59,564 nt of DNA, taken from contig JAFXJH010000047.1 in assembly GCA_017532425.1 (NCBI GenBank), positions 1 through 59,564 on the forward strand, written 5' to 3'. The notes under the pieces are model-generated. The model worked only from the letters and a program-made list of their open reading frames with translations, was not told where the DNA came from and searched no databases. This stretch comes from Clostridia bacterium. GTDB taxonomy: Bacteria; Bacillota; Clostridia; Oscillospirales; CAG-272. The translations under genes and the position numbers were made by a program. Each line of letters begins with the position of its first letter. Positions within the stretch are counted from its first letter, which is position 1. Below, in pieces: positions 58,703 to 59,564 of this stretch.

Positions 58703-59503
58703 ATGTACAGGTTATTTCTAAAACACAAATTAGTTTCAATCATATCAATATTCGCAGTTTTATGTGCGCTGATCTCCCCTATGCTTTGGGAAATAAATTC
58801 GAACGCATGGATATACGCTATATTTTATACTTTTTTCGCGGTTTTGGCGTTTTGTCTTGTGGAATCAGCCTCGGACAAGCTTCTCAAAAAGCCGTCCAAA
58901 GCTCTGAATCTCGAATGTGATCCCGCGCCTCTGTTAAACGAAACGGGCGAGCATCTTAGGCACGTAAGATCGGGCATAAGCCATCAGCCTCTTCTTCTCA
59001 ATCACGCAGTGGCGCTCAGCTACACGGGAGATTACGAAAAGGCGCTTGAAATACTTAGCACTCTCGATATTGAAAAATACAGAATAATATCTCCCTACTA
59101 TGGATTTTTGAAGGTCATATACTACAACAATCTGTCCGATGTATACGACGAGCTCGGCGACCTCGAAAACGCATCTCTTTATCACGAGAAGACGATGCTT
59201 GCGGCAAAAAAGAACGGTGTGCTCAAATCAAAGGAAATGATCCTTGCACGGGCATCCGAGCATCTGAGAAAAAGCGAGCCCGAAAAGGCGCTCGAAGCAC
59301 TCGAGTGCTTCAAGGGAAGGACTCCGCTTGACAGCGTTTGCTCTGCTATGGTATACGCTAAAGCTTACATCGCGCTCAAGGAAACCGACCAAGCCAAAGA
59401 AAAGCTGAATTTTATTATCGAAAAGGGCAACAAGCTTTATATGGTCGAGCAGGCAAGAAAAATGCTTGCGGAAATTGAAAAAGCTCAAAAAAACGGCAAT
59501 TAA
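58703..59503 (+). CDS. Membrane-anchored TPR-like protein
   Basis: Two N-terminal TM helices; helical repeats GDYEKALEIL, YNNLSDVYDELGD, AKAYIAL. Confidence 0.75.
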   Translation: MYRLFLKHKLVSIISIFAVLCALISPMLWEINSNAWIYAIFYTFFAVLAFCLVESASDKLLKKPSKALNLECDPAPLLNETGEHLRHVRSGISHQPLLLNHAVALSYTGDYEKALEILSTLDIEKYRIISPYYGFLKVIYYNNLSDVYDELGDLENASLYHEKTMLAAKKNGVLKSKEMILARASEHLRKSEPEKALEALECFKGRTPLDSVCSAMVYAKAYIALKETDQAKEKLNFIIEKGNKLYMVEQARKMLAEIEKAQKNGN

Positions 59504-59509
59504 CAACAC

Positions 59510-59535
59510 AACCCCGACAGAATCTGTCGGGGTTA
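59510..59535 (+). terminator. Terminator-like hairpin
   Basis: AACCCCGACAG-AAT-CTGTCGGGGTT. Confidence 0.65.
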
Positions 59536-59564
59536 TTGCTTTCATTAAAGGCAAGGGCTCTCCG

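Overview
Chromosomal window of an anaerobic Bacillota (Clostridia-like) bacterium. It is mostly housekeeping genes: xpt with a nucleoside ABC transporter, recG, prmC, ddl, a complete his operon with a HisR-type operator, a pyr operon (carB without carA, E. coli-type pyrI), rnj, galE, GH36 and GH2 galactosidases, RNase P RNA, and a Na+-translocating decarboxylase cluster. The left end carries an AT-richer two-gene cassette (RES-domain + DUF2971) that looks like an uncharacterised NAD+-consuming defence or toxin module. The strongest non-coding signal is a modular palindromic repeat family: about 25 copies in 7 intergenic clusters, each an AAAGTTTTTG tag plus a covarying hairpin around a T6-C-A5 core. 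Copies form inverted REPIN-like doublets and tandem composites, abut stop codons with fixed polarity, and supply the C-termini of HisA and HisD. Candidate structured 5' leaders precede rnj and the decarboxylase operon. No CRISPR array, cas, transposase, integrase, rRNA or tRNA gene was recognised. Product calls come from motif recognition by eye, not database searches.
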